A DNA stretch of 64,000 nucleotides from Halothiobacillus sp. (GTDB lineage Bacteria; Pseudomonadota; Gammaproteobacteria; Halothiobacillales; Halothiobacillaceae): contig JAGDVP010000012.1 in assembly GCA_023255735.1 (NCBI GenBank), positions 105,477 to 169,476 of the forward strand. Direction: 5' to 3'. Below, one piece after another: positions 18,572 through 28,146 of this stretch. The translations under genes and the position numbers were made by a program. The notes under the pieces were generated by a model. That model was not told where the DNA came from and searched no databases. It saw only the letters and a list, made by a program, of their open reading frames with translations. How positions within the stretch are numbered: position 1 is the stretch's first letter; each line of letters opens with the position of its first letter.

Positions 18572-19018
18572 TCAATTTGGGCGGCTTTTTTCTTCTTCAT
18601 GCACCAAATTAGGCCAAAACTGTCGCAATGCTTCCATTGGCACGGGGGTTTTTGAGTGCAAATAAACCTCTGCACCCGCCAATAAGCTTGGATGACGTTT
18701 CGTCATGGCGTGCATCCAGTTCAAATCTCGAAACGATAAAAATCCCTGATGCAAACGCACCGACCAAGCCAAGGTTTTAGTGATGCGGGTTGCGGGTGTC
18801 ACCGAAAACCAAACCGCCGCCATTAATACGGGAATACCCAGCCAAGGGTACCCGCTGGCTTGATCGGCCAGCAGCAGCCATTGCATCAAAAAAAAGCCGC
18901 CAGCCAAGGCCATGAGTGTGGCGTAGGTAAATTTGTGCTGACAAATTACCGCATAAAGGCGGTTGAGCCGATCAATCAACTCAGGCTGGTAATTAAATTC
19001 ATCGTATAAATTCAGCAT
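18572..19018 (-). CDS. Hypothetical membrane protein
   Basis: A 148-aa protein with two predicted TM helices. GGGAG RBS precedes ATG 19018. No family recognised. Confidence 0.5.
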   Translation of the reverse strand: MLNLYDEFNYQPELIDRLNRLYAVICQHKFTYATLMALAGGFFLMQWLLLADQASGYPWLGIPVLMAAVWFSVTPATRITKTLAWSVRLHQGFLSFRDLNWMHAMTKRHPSLLAGAEVYLHSKTPVPMEALRQFWPNLVHEEEKSRPN

Positions 19019-19120
19019 AAGAACTCCCAATTCAGCGCAGAGCTATTTATAGACTATGACGATGATATGACATGCAGCGCGTGGCTGCCACTGGCATTTA
19101 ATCACACGGGCATTCCAACT

Positions 19121-19624
19121 TTAGGGCGTGCGGGTTGTAATACGCTGCCAGGTCATAAAACTATAGGGATAAAGATTGCTGGCATCGGCGGGATGGCTTT
19201 CCTCACAGGTTAAACGCCATTCTCGGCGATTATAGGCCGGGAAAAATGCGTCACCATCATGGATTTGGGTGTGGACTTGGGTCAAATACAGCCGATCGGC
19301 ACGGGGTAAAAATTGATAATAAATATTGGCGCCGCCAATCACCATCACCTCAGGCGCGTCTGCCGCCGCGTCAATGGCTGCATCCAAACTCTCAACAACG
19401 GTAACGCCCTCGGCCATGAAATTGGGGTTACGGCTAATCACAATATTTTGTCGCCCCGGGAGTGGGCGACCAATCGAATCATAGGTTTTGCGCCCCATAA
19501 TAATCGGCTTGCCTAGGGTGATGGCTTTAAAGCGTTTTAAATCTGCGGGCAGGTGCCAAGGTAGGGCATTATCTCGCCCAATCACTTGATTGCGTGACAG
19601 TGCAGCGACGAGGCCAATTTTCAT
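19121..19624 (-). CDS. folA: Dihydrofolate reductase
   Basis: Canonical motifs VIGRDNALPWHLPADLKRFK, IMGRKTYDSIG and MVIGGANIY. Confidence 0.9.
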   Translation of the reverse strand: MKIGLVAALSRNQVIGRDNALPWHLPADLKRFKAITLGKPIIMGRKTYDSIGRPLPGRQNIVISRNPNFMAEGVTVVESLDAAIDAAADAPEVMVIGGANIYYQFLPRADRLYLTQVHTQIHDGDAFFPAYNRREWRLTCEESHPADASNLYPYSFMTWQRITTRTP

Positions 19625-20052
19625 GATTGATCCGGTGAGCCGCCAGGGAATTTAGCGGAGCTGTATTTAATCACAAGAATGGCGAGTGCTAAAACAGCAA
19701 TGGCGCCCGCATAAGTGATGATGGTGGCATTGCTCATGACCTTGACATCGACCACCAGTACCCGAGTGACGGCGGTAATCGCGATATAGATCAAAAACCG
19801 TACGGGCATGCGTTTGGTTTGAAAGTAAATGCCAATCATCGCCAAAATTTCAAGATAAATGAAAAACAGCAAAAGGTCATCAAGCGTGGGCGTGCCTTTT
19901 TGCAATATGTCAAAAACGGAAGCGGTGGTTGACCAAAGCACGGCAATCCATAGGACGAAGAGCAATAAAATATGCGCCACATTGTTGAGTTCATTGCCCA
20001 GCCGCTCAATGAATTTGTGACCGGAAGTTAATTTGGAGTTGGGGGGTGTCAT
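19621..20052 (-). CDS. psiE: PsiE-family membrane protein
   Basis: FIYLEILAMIGIYFQTKRMPVRFLIYIAITAVTRVLVVD parallels E. coli PsiE [40 protein letters not shown]. Start set at ATG 20052, so it does not overlap thyA. Confidence 0.7.
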   Translation of the reverse strand: MTPPNSKLTSGHKFIERLGNELNNVAHILLLFVLWIAVLWSTTASVFDILQKGTPTLDDLLLFFIYLEILAMIGIYFQTKRMPVRFLIYIAITAVTRVLVVDVKVMSNATIITYAGAIAVLALAILVIKYSSAKFPGGSPDQS

Positions 20053-20084
20053 GATGTGTAGCCTATTAATGGGAACAGGCTTAA

Positions 20085-20879
20085 TTATATGGCAACCGGG
20101 GCTGCGATATGCGGCCAAGGCTCGTAGCCTTCAAGTGAAAAATCTTCAAAGATAAAATCTTCAATGCGCGTGCGATCGGGGTTAATTCGCATCTGAGGCA
20201 GGCTTTTCGGGGTGCGCTCAAGTTGGGTTCGCGCTTGGGTGAAATGATTATGATAAATGTGCGCGTCGCCTAGCGTGTGGATAAATTCGCCCGGACGCAA
20301 CCCGGTTACCTGCGCAATCATTAACGTGAGTAGGGCATAGCTTGCGATATTGAAGGGTACGCCGAGAAAAATATCCGCGCTGCGCTGGTAGAGCTGGCAA
20401 GAGAGTTTGCCGTTGGCCACATAAAACTGAAACAGCAAATGGCAGGGTGGGAGTGCCATATTGGGTACGTCGCTTGGGTTCCACGCGCTCACAATCAGCC
20501 GGCGCGATTGCGGATTGGTTTTGATTTGGGCGATCACCTCGGCTAATTGATCAATGGTGCGGCCATCGGGCGTGGCCCACGATCGCCATTGTTTGCCATA
20601 CACGGGGCCTAAATTACCTTGCGCATCGGCCCATTCATCCCAAATACGCACACCGTGGGTTTGCAAATAGCGGATATTGGTGTCGCCTTGAATAAACCAC
20701 AATAGCTCGTGGATGATGGAGCGCAGATGCAGCTTTTTGGTGGTGAGGGCAGGAAAACCCGCGCTTAAATCAAAGCGCATTTGGTGGCCGAATACCGAGC
20801 GGGTGCCGGTGCCGGTGCGGTCGTCGCGATCAACACCGTGGCTCATTACATGGGCGATTAAATCAAGGTAGGCCTTCAT
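20085..20879 (-). CDS. thyA: Thymidylate synthase
   Basis: A 264-aa ThyA with [10 protein letters not shown], the catalytic LPPCH, and DAHIYHNH. Confidence 0.95.
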   Translation of the reverse strand: MKAYLDLIAHVMSHGVDRDDRTGTGTRSVFGHQMRFDLSAGFPALTTKKLHLRSIIHELLWFIQGDTNIRYLQTHGVRIWDEWADAQGNLGPVYGKQWRSWATPDGRTIDQLAEVIAQIKTNPQSRRLIVSAWNPSDVPNMALPPCHLLFQFYVANGKLSCQLYQRSADIFLGVPFNIASYALLTLMIAQVTGLRPGEFIHTLGDAHIYHNHFTQARTQLERTPKSLPQMRINPDRTRIEDFIFEDFSLEGYEPWPHIAAPVAI

Positions 20880-21691
20880 ACGGGGGTCTCTTTTTTAACG
20901 GGGCGATCTTGAATGTTTTTAACGTAGGCATAACGCATTAAGGCCACACCAATCACGATCATGGGGAAGGATAGCACTTGCCCCATGGTGAGCCAGCCGT
21001 CCCATAAATAGCCGAGCTGCGGATCGGGTTCGCGCACAAATTCTACAAGGAAGCGGAATAAGCCATAGAAAATCAAAAACATCGCTGAAACGGCCATGCG
21101 CGGCTTGGGCTTAAGTGAAAAAAAGTACAAAATTAAAAACAATAAAATTCCTTCTGAACAGGCTTCATAGAGCATGGAGGGGTGGCGAGGCAGGGAGCCG
21201 CCGGTTGGGAAGACCATGCCCCAAGGCAAGGTGGTGACTTTGCCCCACAACTCGCCATTAATGAAATTACCGATACGTCCGGCAAATAAACCAATCGGCA
21301 CCAAGGGCGCCACAAAATCCATCAGGGTGAAAAACGGGATTTTATATTTACGCGCAAACAAAAGCATCGCAGTCATCACGCCGATTAAGCCACCATGAAA
21401 GCTCATGCCGCCATCCCAGACCTGAAATAAGCTTAAGGGGTGGGCCAGTAGCTCGAGGGTTTGGTAAAACACCATATAACCAATGCGTCCACCTAAGATG
21501 ACCCCAAGTGCACCGTAAAAAATTAAATCATCCACTTGCAGCGGATTAAGTGGCCAATCGGGTTTGCCTGCGCGATAACGGCCAAGCAGCCATGCGCCGA
21601 CAAAACCGACCAGATACATTAATCCATACCAATGGACTTTTAACGGGCCTAAAGATACAGCGATGGGGTTAATATCCGGATATATCAGCAT
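20876..21691 (-). CDS. lgt: Prolipoprotein diacylglyceryl transferase
   Basis: Lgt signatures [25 protein letters not shown] and [11 protein letters not shown]. 4-nt overlap with thyA. Confidence 0.93.
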   Translation of the reverse strand: MLIYPDINPIAVSLGPLKVHWYGLMYLVGFVGAWLLGRYRAGKPDWPLNPLQVDDLIFYGALGVILGGRIGYMVFYQTLELLAHPLSLFQVWDGGMSFHGGLIGVMTAMLLFARKYKIPFFTLMDFVAPLVPIGLFAGRIGNFINGELWGKVTTLPWGMVFPTGGSLPRHPSMLYEACSEGILLFLILYFFSLKPKPRMAVSAMFLIFYGLFRFLVEFVREPDPQLGYLWDGWLTMGQVLSFPMIVIGVALMRYAYVKNIQDRPVKKETPV

Positions 21692-21888
21692 AAAAAACTC
21701 ATAGGTTCGCGCGTGGGCAAAATTTTGGCGGGGCAGATTGTTAGAAAATAAAGACCATCTTGAATATTCAGTGACGCAATACGGGGCATTTTGCCGCGCC
21801 CTGTGACGAAACCTGCCGGCTGCTAAACTTTAACAGACTCTTGGGGGCGGTGGCGGTGGATTTCTAATTGTCGTGAGCTTGACTTTTT

Positions 21889-22305
21889 ATGAGGGTATTG
21901 ATGATGGAACTCTCTTTGTATCGCGATGAGGCCTTGGGGATTGAACCGCGTTCATTACGGGCGCAAACCTATAACCTTGGGCATGTTTTATGGGCCAATA
22001 GTGCGGACGGTGTGGTGTTTTTGCCGATTCGCCAGATGCAATTTTTAGCGATATTGGATGCACAGGAATGGGTATTTGTGGATGGGATGAAAAAACACTT
22101 TATCGAACTAGCTTGGCAAAAATTCCATCCCCAAGCGCGCAGCAACATTGATGAAGCCGTGCCGTTTGAGGCGGTGTTTTATACCGAGGCCAGTTTGCCG
22201 TTGATGTCGCGCTTGGAATCGGCCATTCATGCGGCCTTAGTGGATGCGGTTAAACGTATCCGCCGCATTAATAGGGGCGGCGTGGTGCTGCCATTTAAAC
22301 GGTAA
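21889..22305 (+). CDS. Hypothetical protein
   Basis: A 138-aa ORF with no recognisable motif. Convergent with the 101-aa ORF. Confidence 0.4.
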   Translation: MRVLMMELSLYRDEALGIEPRSLRAQTYNLGHVLWANSADGVVFLPIRQMQFLAILDAQEWVFVDGMKKHFIELAWQKFHPQARSNIDEAVPFEAVFYTEASLPLMSRLESAIHAALVDAVKRIRRINRGGVVLPFKR

Positions 22306-22333
22306 CTGTATTCTGTTCAGCTCTAATTAGGGG

Positions 22334-22639
22334 TTAATCATCATCCCCAAGCTCCGGATCCCAGCCATGTTCGCGGGCGTATTTAATGGCTTCTGCTTGA
22401 ATGCGGAAATATTTTTCTTGCAGTTCGGAGTTTAATTTACTTGGAATATGGCCATAGGGCGCCCAAGCGAGATGCACTTTTTCATAAAGAACCTGCAGTT
22501 GGGTGGGTAACCAGCCCTCGCAGCTTTCGGATTCAGGGATGAGATCAAAAAGCCAGGCATCGCGAATCATTTTGGCAATATTGGTCATGCCACCTTGTTC
22601 ATCGTTATAAATGCCAACATATCGTTTAGGTGTGTTCAT
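22334..22639 (-). CDS. Hypothetical acidic protein downstream of cbbO
   Basis: A 101-aa ORF on the same strand as the cbb operon. It is separated from cbbO by a strong terminator hairpin and has a weak RBS. No family recognised. Confidence 0.45.
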   Translation of the reverse strand: MNTPKRYVGIYNDEQGGMTNIAKMIRDAWLFDLIPESESCEGWLPTQLQVLYEKVHLAWAPYGHIPSKLNSELQEKYFRIQAEAIKYAREHGWDPELGDDD

Positions 22640-22660
22640 GGATTTTTTCTTTAGTGATTA

Positions 22661-22683
22661 AAAAAAGGCGCTGTGCGCGCCTT
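22661..22683 (-). terminator. Intrinsic terminator directly after cbbO (form I operon)
   Basis: The minus-strand RNA reads AAGGCGCgcacaGCGCCTTTTTTTAAT, a 7-bp GC-rich stem plus a T-run, about 7 nt after the cbbO stop. Confidence 0.65.
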
Positions 22684-22689
22684 TGGGAT

Positions 22690-25032
22690 TTAGCGAGTGA
22701 GGCCAGCATACAGCATGGGCAGTTTTTCAGGCAGGCGTTCAACGTGATCGACCACCATAAAATTGCGGGCGCCAAAAATGCGGGATACATATTGATCGGC
22801 GCGCGGGTCAAGGCTCATGCAGTAGGTGATGATGCCATTGCGCGCCGCATCTTCAACCGCTTTTTTGGTGTCAAAGCGTAAATATTGTGGATCGCGCACA
22901 TCGATATCCGCCGGTTCCCCGTCGGTAATCACGAGCATTAATTTTTTGGTCGAGCGCTGTTGTTTTAAGTGATAGCTGGCATGGCGAATGGCTGCCCCCA
23001 TGCGGGTTGAAAGCTGCCCTGTCATGCCGGCGAGTTTTGCTTTAGGTAGCTCGCTGTAGGACTCATCGAAATCTTTGAAGCGATAATATTCCACATCGTG
23101 CCGCCCATCGGAGCAAAAGCCGTGAATGGCAAAAGGATCGCCGATTTTAGCAATGGCATCAGCAAGGAGCACGCAGGCTTGCCGGGTTAAGTCGAGCACT
23201 GAAAACTCCTGCCCGGTGACCTTCTCGTTGGTCGATTCGGATAAATCGAGCAAAACCATCACCGAAATATCGCGGGTTTTGCGAACCGAGCGCATCATGA
23301 TGCGCGGATCGGGTTGGCGGCCTTGACGAATGTCGACCATGGCACGAATGGCGGCATTAATATCCACTTCATCACCATCTTCGAGCTTGCGAATGCGCTG
23401 CACACCTTGTGGTTGCATGGCATCCAGTAGGAATTTCATGCGGCTAATTTCGCGTTTGTAACGCGCGGCGATGTCGTCGATAAGCGAAAGCTCGCCAAAT
23501 TTAGCGCGCTTTTCGAGCACGGTAGCCCAACTTGGGCGCTCGTGCTGGATTTGATAATCCCACTCGGGGTAATGAAATGGGGCAGATACTGGCGCAGTGC
23601 CTTCCATTTCGTTAAAGCTGACGCCATGATCTTCATAGGGGAACAGCTCGGTGCCAAGCACCCATACTTCTTGCGGGTTGCCATCGGTGAGCTCGCTATC
23701 GATCTCGTTGATCATTTCCATAACCGACACTTGCTTGCGCACGGTCTGAACGTTGTCATAACCCGCTTCTAGCGATTTATCAAAATCGAACTCTTCAAAT
23801 GCCCAAAAATAGCGGTTATCGTCTCGATAGGGGGCGGTGAGCACATCGGTGCGTTGCTGGAATGGGATGCGAAGTGACATGAGTTCATGCGCTAAAACCG
23901 CGCCGCAATCCCACGATAATTGGTTGTCGCGGAGCCTGTGCTGTTCGCGCTCGAAGAGTTCACGCGCGCGGGCAATGAGGGGGTGATTGTCCTCAAAGCT
24001 GGGGTCGAGCAAAGCACGGGCGATGCGATTTAAATAATCGCCCATGGTGTTGGCTTGGGTGGCGGCAATGGTGTGAAACTGCGCCCAAATTGGGCGTAAG
24101 CCCGGAAAATCTTGAATGGCCAAGGCTTCAATCCGCGCATCTTCAAACACGGAAATGACGGCCATTTGCAGGTTGTTTAAATTTTCCGCAGAAATGGGCG
24201 CTTGGGTATACACCACATGCGCGGCGCAGTGCGCGGCGGCGGCGCGATAGAGCGTTAGGCCTGAAATGGGCTCTTGGCCTTCGATGACGATATCATCATA
24301 CGCATCAGGTAAATGCAGCAGATAATCTTCAATGTAGGGGCGGTAGCCTTCGCGCTTTTCAAAATCACCGGAGGTGGGGCGCATGAAAAAATCGCGTGCC
24401 CACAACGCCCGCAAATACATATTGATGCGCCGCTGCACATCCACAAACAGCGTGCCTTTGCGCTCCTGCTGCAGCATGGCCTGAGATTCTTTCGAGGCGA
24501 GGCTGAAGTAGCGTATTTGCTCTTCATAATTAGTGCGGTGCACCTGAGCCCCCCAGTTTGACCACCGACGCAGGCCACCTAGGGTTAAATGGGCAAACAG
24601 GGTATCGAGGTTTTCCAGCATGGGGCGAACGCCCCGGGGCGCGGTGGCCACCAAGTTATTGAGCAGCTGCAAATACTTTTTGAATAGTTCGGCATCGCCC
24701 AGCCTATCAGCGGCGGTCGGCGCGGTGGCCAGCACGAGCTCAATAACGGTGCCACTGGTTTTTGAGGCCATCATCATGGCATTTTCGATTAAGGAATCAA
24801 TAACGCCTTCGCCCAAAATTCGGGCAATGCTGGGGGCATTTTGAATAAAGGTTGAAACCAGTTCATGACCGCGCCCTAAGTTTTTGAGCGATAGGGCGCC
24901 ACCGAGATAAATATCGAGCCCTTGTGGGCTAAAAACGCGCGTGGCTTCTTGCCATGAGGCCTGCAAAATATCGCGCGAATGCTCGGACAATGAACCGAGT
25001 TCTTCTGCATATTCTTCAAGTTGAACAGACAT
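22690..25032 (-). CDS. cbbO: RuBisCO activase adaptor CbbO (von Willebrand A domain), form I-linked copy
   Basis: A 780-aa protein. C-terminal VWA/MIDAS (VLLDLSESTN ... STRMGAAIRHA ... LMLVITDGEPADIDV). Located after cbbQ. GGAGGAG RBS. Confidence 0.88.
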   Translation of the reverse strand: MSVQLEEYAEELGSLSEHSRDILQASWQEATRVFSPQGLDIYLGGALSLKNLGRGHELVSTFIQNAPSIARILGEGVIDSLIENAMMMASKTSGTVIELVLATAPTAADRLGDAELFKKYLQLLNNLVATAPRGVRPMLENLDTLFAHLTLGGLRRWSNWGAQVHRTNYEEQIRYFSLASKESQAMLQQERKGTLFVDVQRRINMYLRALWARDFFMRPTSGDFEKREGYRPYIEDYLLHLPDAYDDIVIEGQEPISGLTLYRAAAAHCAAHVVYTQAPISAENLNNLQMAVISVFEDARIEALAIQDFPGLRPIWAQFHTIAATQANTMGDYLNRIARALLDPSFEDNHPLIARARELFEREQHRLRDNQLSWDCGAVLAHELMSLRIPFQQRTDVLTAPYRDDNRYFWAFEEFDFDKSLEAGYDNVQTVRKQVSVMEMINEIDSELTDGNPQEVWVLGTELFPYEDHGVSFNEMEGTAPVSAPFHYPEWDYQIQHERPSWATVLEKRAKFGELSLIDDIAARYKREISRMKFLLDAMQPQGVQRIRKLEDGDEVDINAAIRAMVDIRQGRQPDPRIMMRSVRKTRDISVMVLLDLSESTNEKVTGQEFSVLDLTRQACVLLADAIAKIGDPFAIHGFCSDGRHDVEYYRFKDFDESYSELPKAKLAGMTGQLSTRMGAAIRHASYHLKQQRSTKKLMLVITDGEPADIDVRDPQYLRFDTKKAVEDAARNGIITYCMSLDPRADQYVSRIFGARNFMVVDHVERLPEKLPMLYAGLTR

Positions 25033-25216
25033 GATGCTCCTCCAAACTATCGAACGAGGGTGGGGCTTGCGTTGCAGGCGGGGGCTTGAGCGCGGCCACC
25101 GTCACAATTTTGGCGAGAGGTTATCTTCCATCGCGCGGTGGTTAAAACTAACACTAGGCGCCCTTGCCATGACGCGAGCCTTAGCCGGCTGCTGAAATAA
25201 GTTGTTCAGCGGTCTG

Positions 25217-26020
25217 TTAGAAAAAGGTGGCCACCGCCGCATCAAGCGCATCGCGCATATCCGGATCATCGGTAATGGGGCGCACCAACGCTACGCGGCA
25301 AGCCGAGGAGGGGTCGACATTTTTTGAAATAAGCGAGGCTGCGTAAATCAGCATGCGGGTCGAAATGCCTTCATCTAAGCCATGGCCTTTAAGATTACGG
25401 GCGCGCTCGGCAATCGAGACAAGTTTGCTCGCAATTTCCGCCGAGACATGACCTTCGTGCGACACAATTTCGGTTTCAGTGGCATGCTCTGGATAATTGA
25501 AATCGAGCGCACCAAAGCGTTGCTTGGTGGACTGTTTTAAATCTTTCATCAGGGATTGATAACCGGGGTTATACGAAATTACAAGTTGAAAGTCGGGATG
25601 GGCGTGGATGAGTTCGCCTTTTTTCTCAAGCGGTAATTCACGGCGCGCATCGGTGAGGGGGTGAATCACAACCGTGGTGTCTTGGCGAGCTTCAACCACT
25701 TCATCGAGATAGCAAATGGCGCCATGCCGCGCGGCAATTGCCAAGGGACCATCTTGCCAACGGGTGCCTTGGGCATCGAGTAAAAAGCGGCCGACCAAAT
25801 CAGAAGCGGTCATATCTTCATTACAGGCCACGGTGATGAGGGGTTTATCCAGCTTGTGCGCCATGTATTCAACAAAACGGGTTTTGCCGCAGCCCGTAGG
25901 CCCTTTGAGCATCATGGGCATCCGCACCGAGTAGGCCGCTTCATACAGTTCAACTTCATCGGCTACGGGGCGATAGTAGGGTTGTTTTTGTACACGATAT
26001 TGCGCCATCAGATCAGTCAT
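25217..26020 (-). CDS. cbbQ: RuBisCO activase CbbQ (MoxR-type AAA+), form I-linked copy
   Basis: A 267-aa protein. Walker A GPTGCGKT, Walker B ICYLDEV, and the CbbQ-typical run [17 protein letters not shown]. Confidence 0.92.
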   Translation of the reverse strand: MTDLMAQYRVQKQPYYRPVADEVELYEAAYSVRMPMMLKGPTGCGKTRFVEYMAHKLDKPLITVACNEDMTASDLVGRFLLDAQGTRWQDGPLAIAARHGAICYLDEVVEARQDTTVVIHPLTDARRELPLEKKGELIHAHPDFQLVISYNPGYQSLMKDLKQSTKQRFGALDFNYPEHATETEIVSHEGHVSAEIASKLVSIAERARNLKGHGLDEGISTRMLIYAASLISKNVDPSSACRVALVRPITDDPDMRDALDAAVATFF

Positions 26021-26093
26021 TTATGCTCTCCTGTGGGTGGATGCGGCTTGCTTTTTGCTCAATTGAACCTCCAATTTTTAGGGGATCAACTCA

Positions 26094-26128
26094 GAAAAAA
26101 ACCTAAATAACCCACCCGGAGGTGGGTT
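26094..26128 (-). terminator. Terminator/attenuator-like hairpin after cbbS
   Basis: The minus-strand RNA reads AACCCACCtccgGGTGGGTT followed by ATTTAGGTTTTTTTC. It sits in the 127-nt cbbS-cbbQ spacer. Confidence 0.5.
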
Positions 26129-26147
26129 TGGATGGTGTGTCGGTTAA

Positions 26148-26504
26148 TTACACGGTTTTGCCGCGGTAAATAACCATTGAAGCGCCTTGGCTTTGCGTAA
26201 AGTTGTTGTAACCGATCAAGCGAACATGGTTGTTCGGGTTGGCAATATGGCAAGCTTTGGCTTCGCCTAAGATTTTGTCTACGTCGGTTTCACCGAACAT
26301 AGGCAGCTTCCACATATACCAGTAAGAATCCATCAGGTGCTCTGGCTCAGTGTGCTCAATGGCGGGATTCCAGCCTTGATTCACAATGTATTGCACTTGG
26401 CTTTTGATTTCTGCATCGGTCATGGCCGGCAAGTAAGAAAAAGTTTCAAATTTACGGCTGCCAGGATCGCTCAGACGTGATTTGTAATCTTGCATTTCGC
26501 TCAT
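26148..26504 (-). CDS. cbbS: RuBisCO small subunit (form IA)
   Basis: A 118-aa protein with [11 protein letters not shown] and [19 protein letters not shown] precedes ATG 26504. Confidence 0.93.
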   Translation of the reverse strand: MSEMQDYKSRLSDPGSRKFETFSYLPAMTDAEIKSQVQYIVNQGWNPAIEHTEPEHLMDSYWYMWKLPMFGETDVDKILGEAKACHIANPNNHVRLIGYNNFTQSQGASMVIYRGKTV

Positions 26505-26564
26505 GGAAAAACTCCTAAAATTAGTGGCTATTTGGGTTGGTGCAAGCCAACCCAATCAATGGCA

Positions 26565-27986
26565 TTACTTGTGGGCAACGTCTAGTTTGTCGACAGTGTC
26601 GAATTCAAACTTGATTTCTTTCCATGTTTCCATGGCGATTTTCAATTCTGGGCTGCTTTTCGCCGCTTTTTCCAGAACAGATTTGCCTTCTTTCTCAATT
26701 TCAATGCCTGAATTGCGTGCTTCTACGCAAGCTTCCAGTGCAACACGGTTTGCGGCGGCGCCGGCGGCGTTGCCCCATGGGTGACCTAATGTACCGCCAC
26801 CGAATTGCAGCACAGAATCATCGCCGAAAATGTTGACCAGTGCCGGCATGTGCCATACATGAATACCACCGGAGGCAACGGGCAATACGCCGGGCATTGA
26901 GCCCCAGTCTTGATCGAAGAACAGACCGCGTGAACGATCTTCAGGGATGAAGGAATCGCGCATGGTATCGATCCAGCCCAAAGTGGCTGCGCGGTCGCCT
27001 TCCAATTTGCCCACAACGGTACCTGAGTGCAGGTGATCGCCGCCCGATAAACGCAATACTTTCGTTAAGACACGGAAGTGGATGCCGTGGTGCGGGTTAC
27101 GGTCGAGTACCGCGTGCATGGCGCGATGGATGTGCAGCAGCATGCCGTTATCGCGACACCAGTTCGCCAAACCTGTGTTGGCTGTTAAGCCGCCGGTTAG
27201 GTAATCGTGCATGATGATGGGCGCGCCGATTTCTTTTGCGTATTCGGCCCGTTTGTACATTTCTTCAGGCGTTGCAGCGGTTACGTTCAGGTAAGAGCCT
27301 TTGCGCTCGCCAGTTTCAGCTTCAGCCTTCAGGATGCCTTCCATCACGAAGTCGAAGCGATCACGCCAGCGCATGAATGGTTGGCTGTTGACGTTTTCGT
27401 CATCTTTGGCAAAGTCCAGACCACCGCGGAGTACTTCATAAACCGCGCGACCATAATTTTTGGCAGACAAGCCCAATTTTGGCTTGATGGTGCAGCCGAG
27501 CATAGGACGGCCATATTTATTCATTTTATCGCGTTCAACCTGGATGCCATTTGGTGGGCCGCCGCAGGTTTTGATATAAGCGATTGGGAAGCGAATGTCT
27601 TCTAAGCGCAGGGCACGCAGCGCTTTAAAGCCGAACACGTTGCCTACCAGCGAGGTGAGTACGTTAACCATTGAGCCTTCTTCGAAGAGGTCAATGGGGT
27701 AGGCTACAAAGGCATAGAAGCAGGTATCATCACCGGGTACGTCTTCGATGTGGTACGCGCGGCCTTTGTAGTAATCCAAATCGGTCAGCAGGTCGGTCCA
27801 CACGGTGGTCCAAGTGCCGGTTGAAGATTCAGCGGCTACCGCAGCGGCCACTTCTTCGCGGTCAACCCCAGCTTGGGGGGTGATTTTGAAGCACGCCAGG
27901 ATATCGGTATCCAATGGGGTGTATTCGGGCATCCAATAGGTTTGCCGGTATTCTTTAACACCAGCGTTGTACTTTTTAACTGCCAT
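26565..27986 (-). CDS. cbbL: RuBisCO large subunit, form IA
   Basis: A 473-aa protein with the full catalytic signature ([66 protein letters not shown]). Confidence 0.97.
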   Translation of the reverse strand: MAVKKYNAGVKEYRQTYWMPEYTPLDTDILACFKITPQAGVDREEVAAAVAAESSTGTWTTVWTDLLTDLDYYKGRAYHIEDVPGDDTCFYAFVAYPIDLFEEGSMVNVLTSLVGNVFGFKALRALRLEDIRFPIAYIKTCGGPPNGIQVERDKMNKYGRPMLGCTIKPKLGLSAKNYGRAVYEVLRGGLDFAKDDENVNSQPFMRWRDRFDFVMEGILKAEAETGERKGSYLNVTAATPEEMYKRAEYAKEIGAPIIMHDYLTGGLTANTGLANWCRDNGMLLHIHRAMHAVLDRNPHHGIHFRVLTKVLRLSGGDHLHSGTVVGKLEGDRAATLGWIDTMRDSFIPEDRSRGLFFDQDWGSMPGVLPVASGGIHVWHMPALVNIFGDDSVLQFGGGTLGHPWGNAAGAAANRVALEACVEARNSGIEIEKEGKSVLEKAAKSSPELKIAMETWKEIKFEFDTVDKLDVAHK

Positions 27987-28086
27987 GAGTTCCTCCAGAA
28001 AGGGGTCGGTGATCCGCGAAATGCCCCTGTGGCCTGACGCGTTTGAGCATCATGCCGAGGTTAAATCATCAATAACAGTCGATATT

Positions 28087-28111
28087 TTCTATTATAAGAA
28101 TAGAATTCTAT
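28087..28111. promoter_or_regulatory. Overlapping palindromes in the cbbL-cbbR divergent control region (candidate CbbR operator)
   Basis: The sequence TTCTATT-ataag-AATAGAA-TTCTAT gives three TTCTAT/ATAGAA half-sites. The site lies 36 nt upstream of the cbbR ATG and about 100 nt upstream of the cbbL ATG. Confidence 0.5.
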
Positions 28112-28146
28112 CTATGATTTTAATGGTATTAGTTGGGGCTAATTTA

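Noticed and set aside
27408-27410. cbbL encodes GLDFAKDDE, where I remember GLDFTKDDE (Thr next to the carbamylated Lys) in most form I enzymes.
   Set aside because: - This is a single conservative change at a position that differs between RuBisCO forms (Thr, Ile or Val).
- I cannot assess its frequency without an alignment.
- All catalytic residues are intact.
27967-28146. The ORF-track N-terminal extension of cbbR, which overlaps the cbbL start. Similar extensions exist for pilT (to 2508), yggS (from 2490), the MBL gene (from 9086), pgm (from 15278), the symporter (from 17051), cbbS (to 26555), cbbQ2 (to 32608), cbbM (to 34189), dnaK (from 50420), rimP (from 53842), nusA (from 54236), infB (from 55985) and rbfA (from 58891).
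   Set aside because: - The extensions have no homology to the respective families.
- They often cross terminators, RBSs or neighbouring genes.
- Internal ATG or GTG codons with proper RBS spacing reproduce the canonical N-termini.
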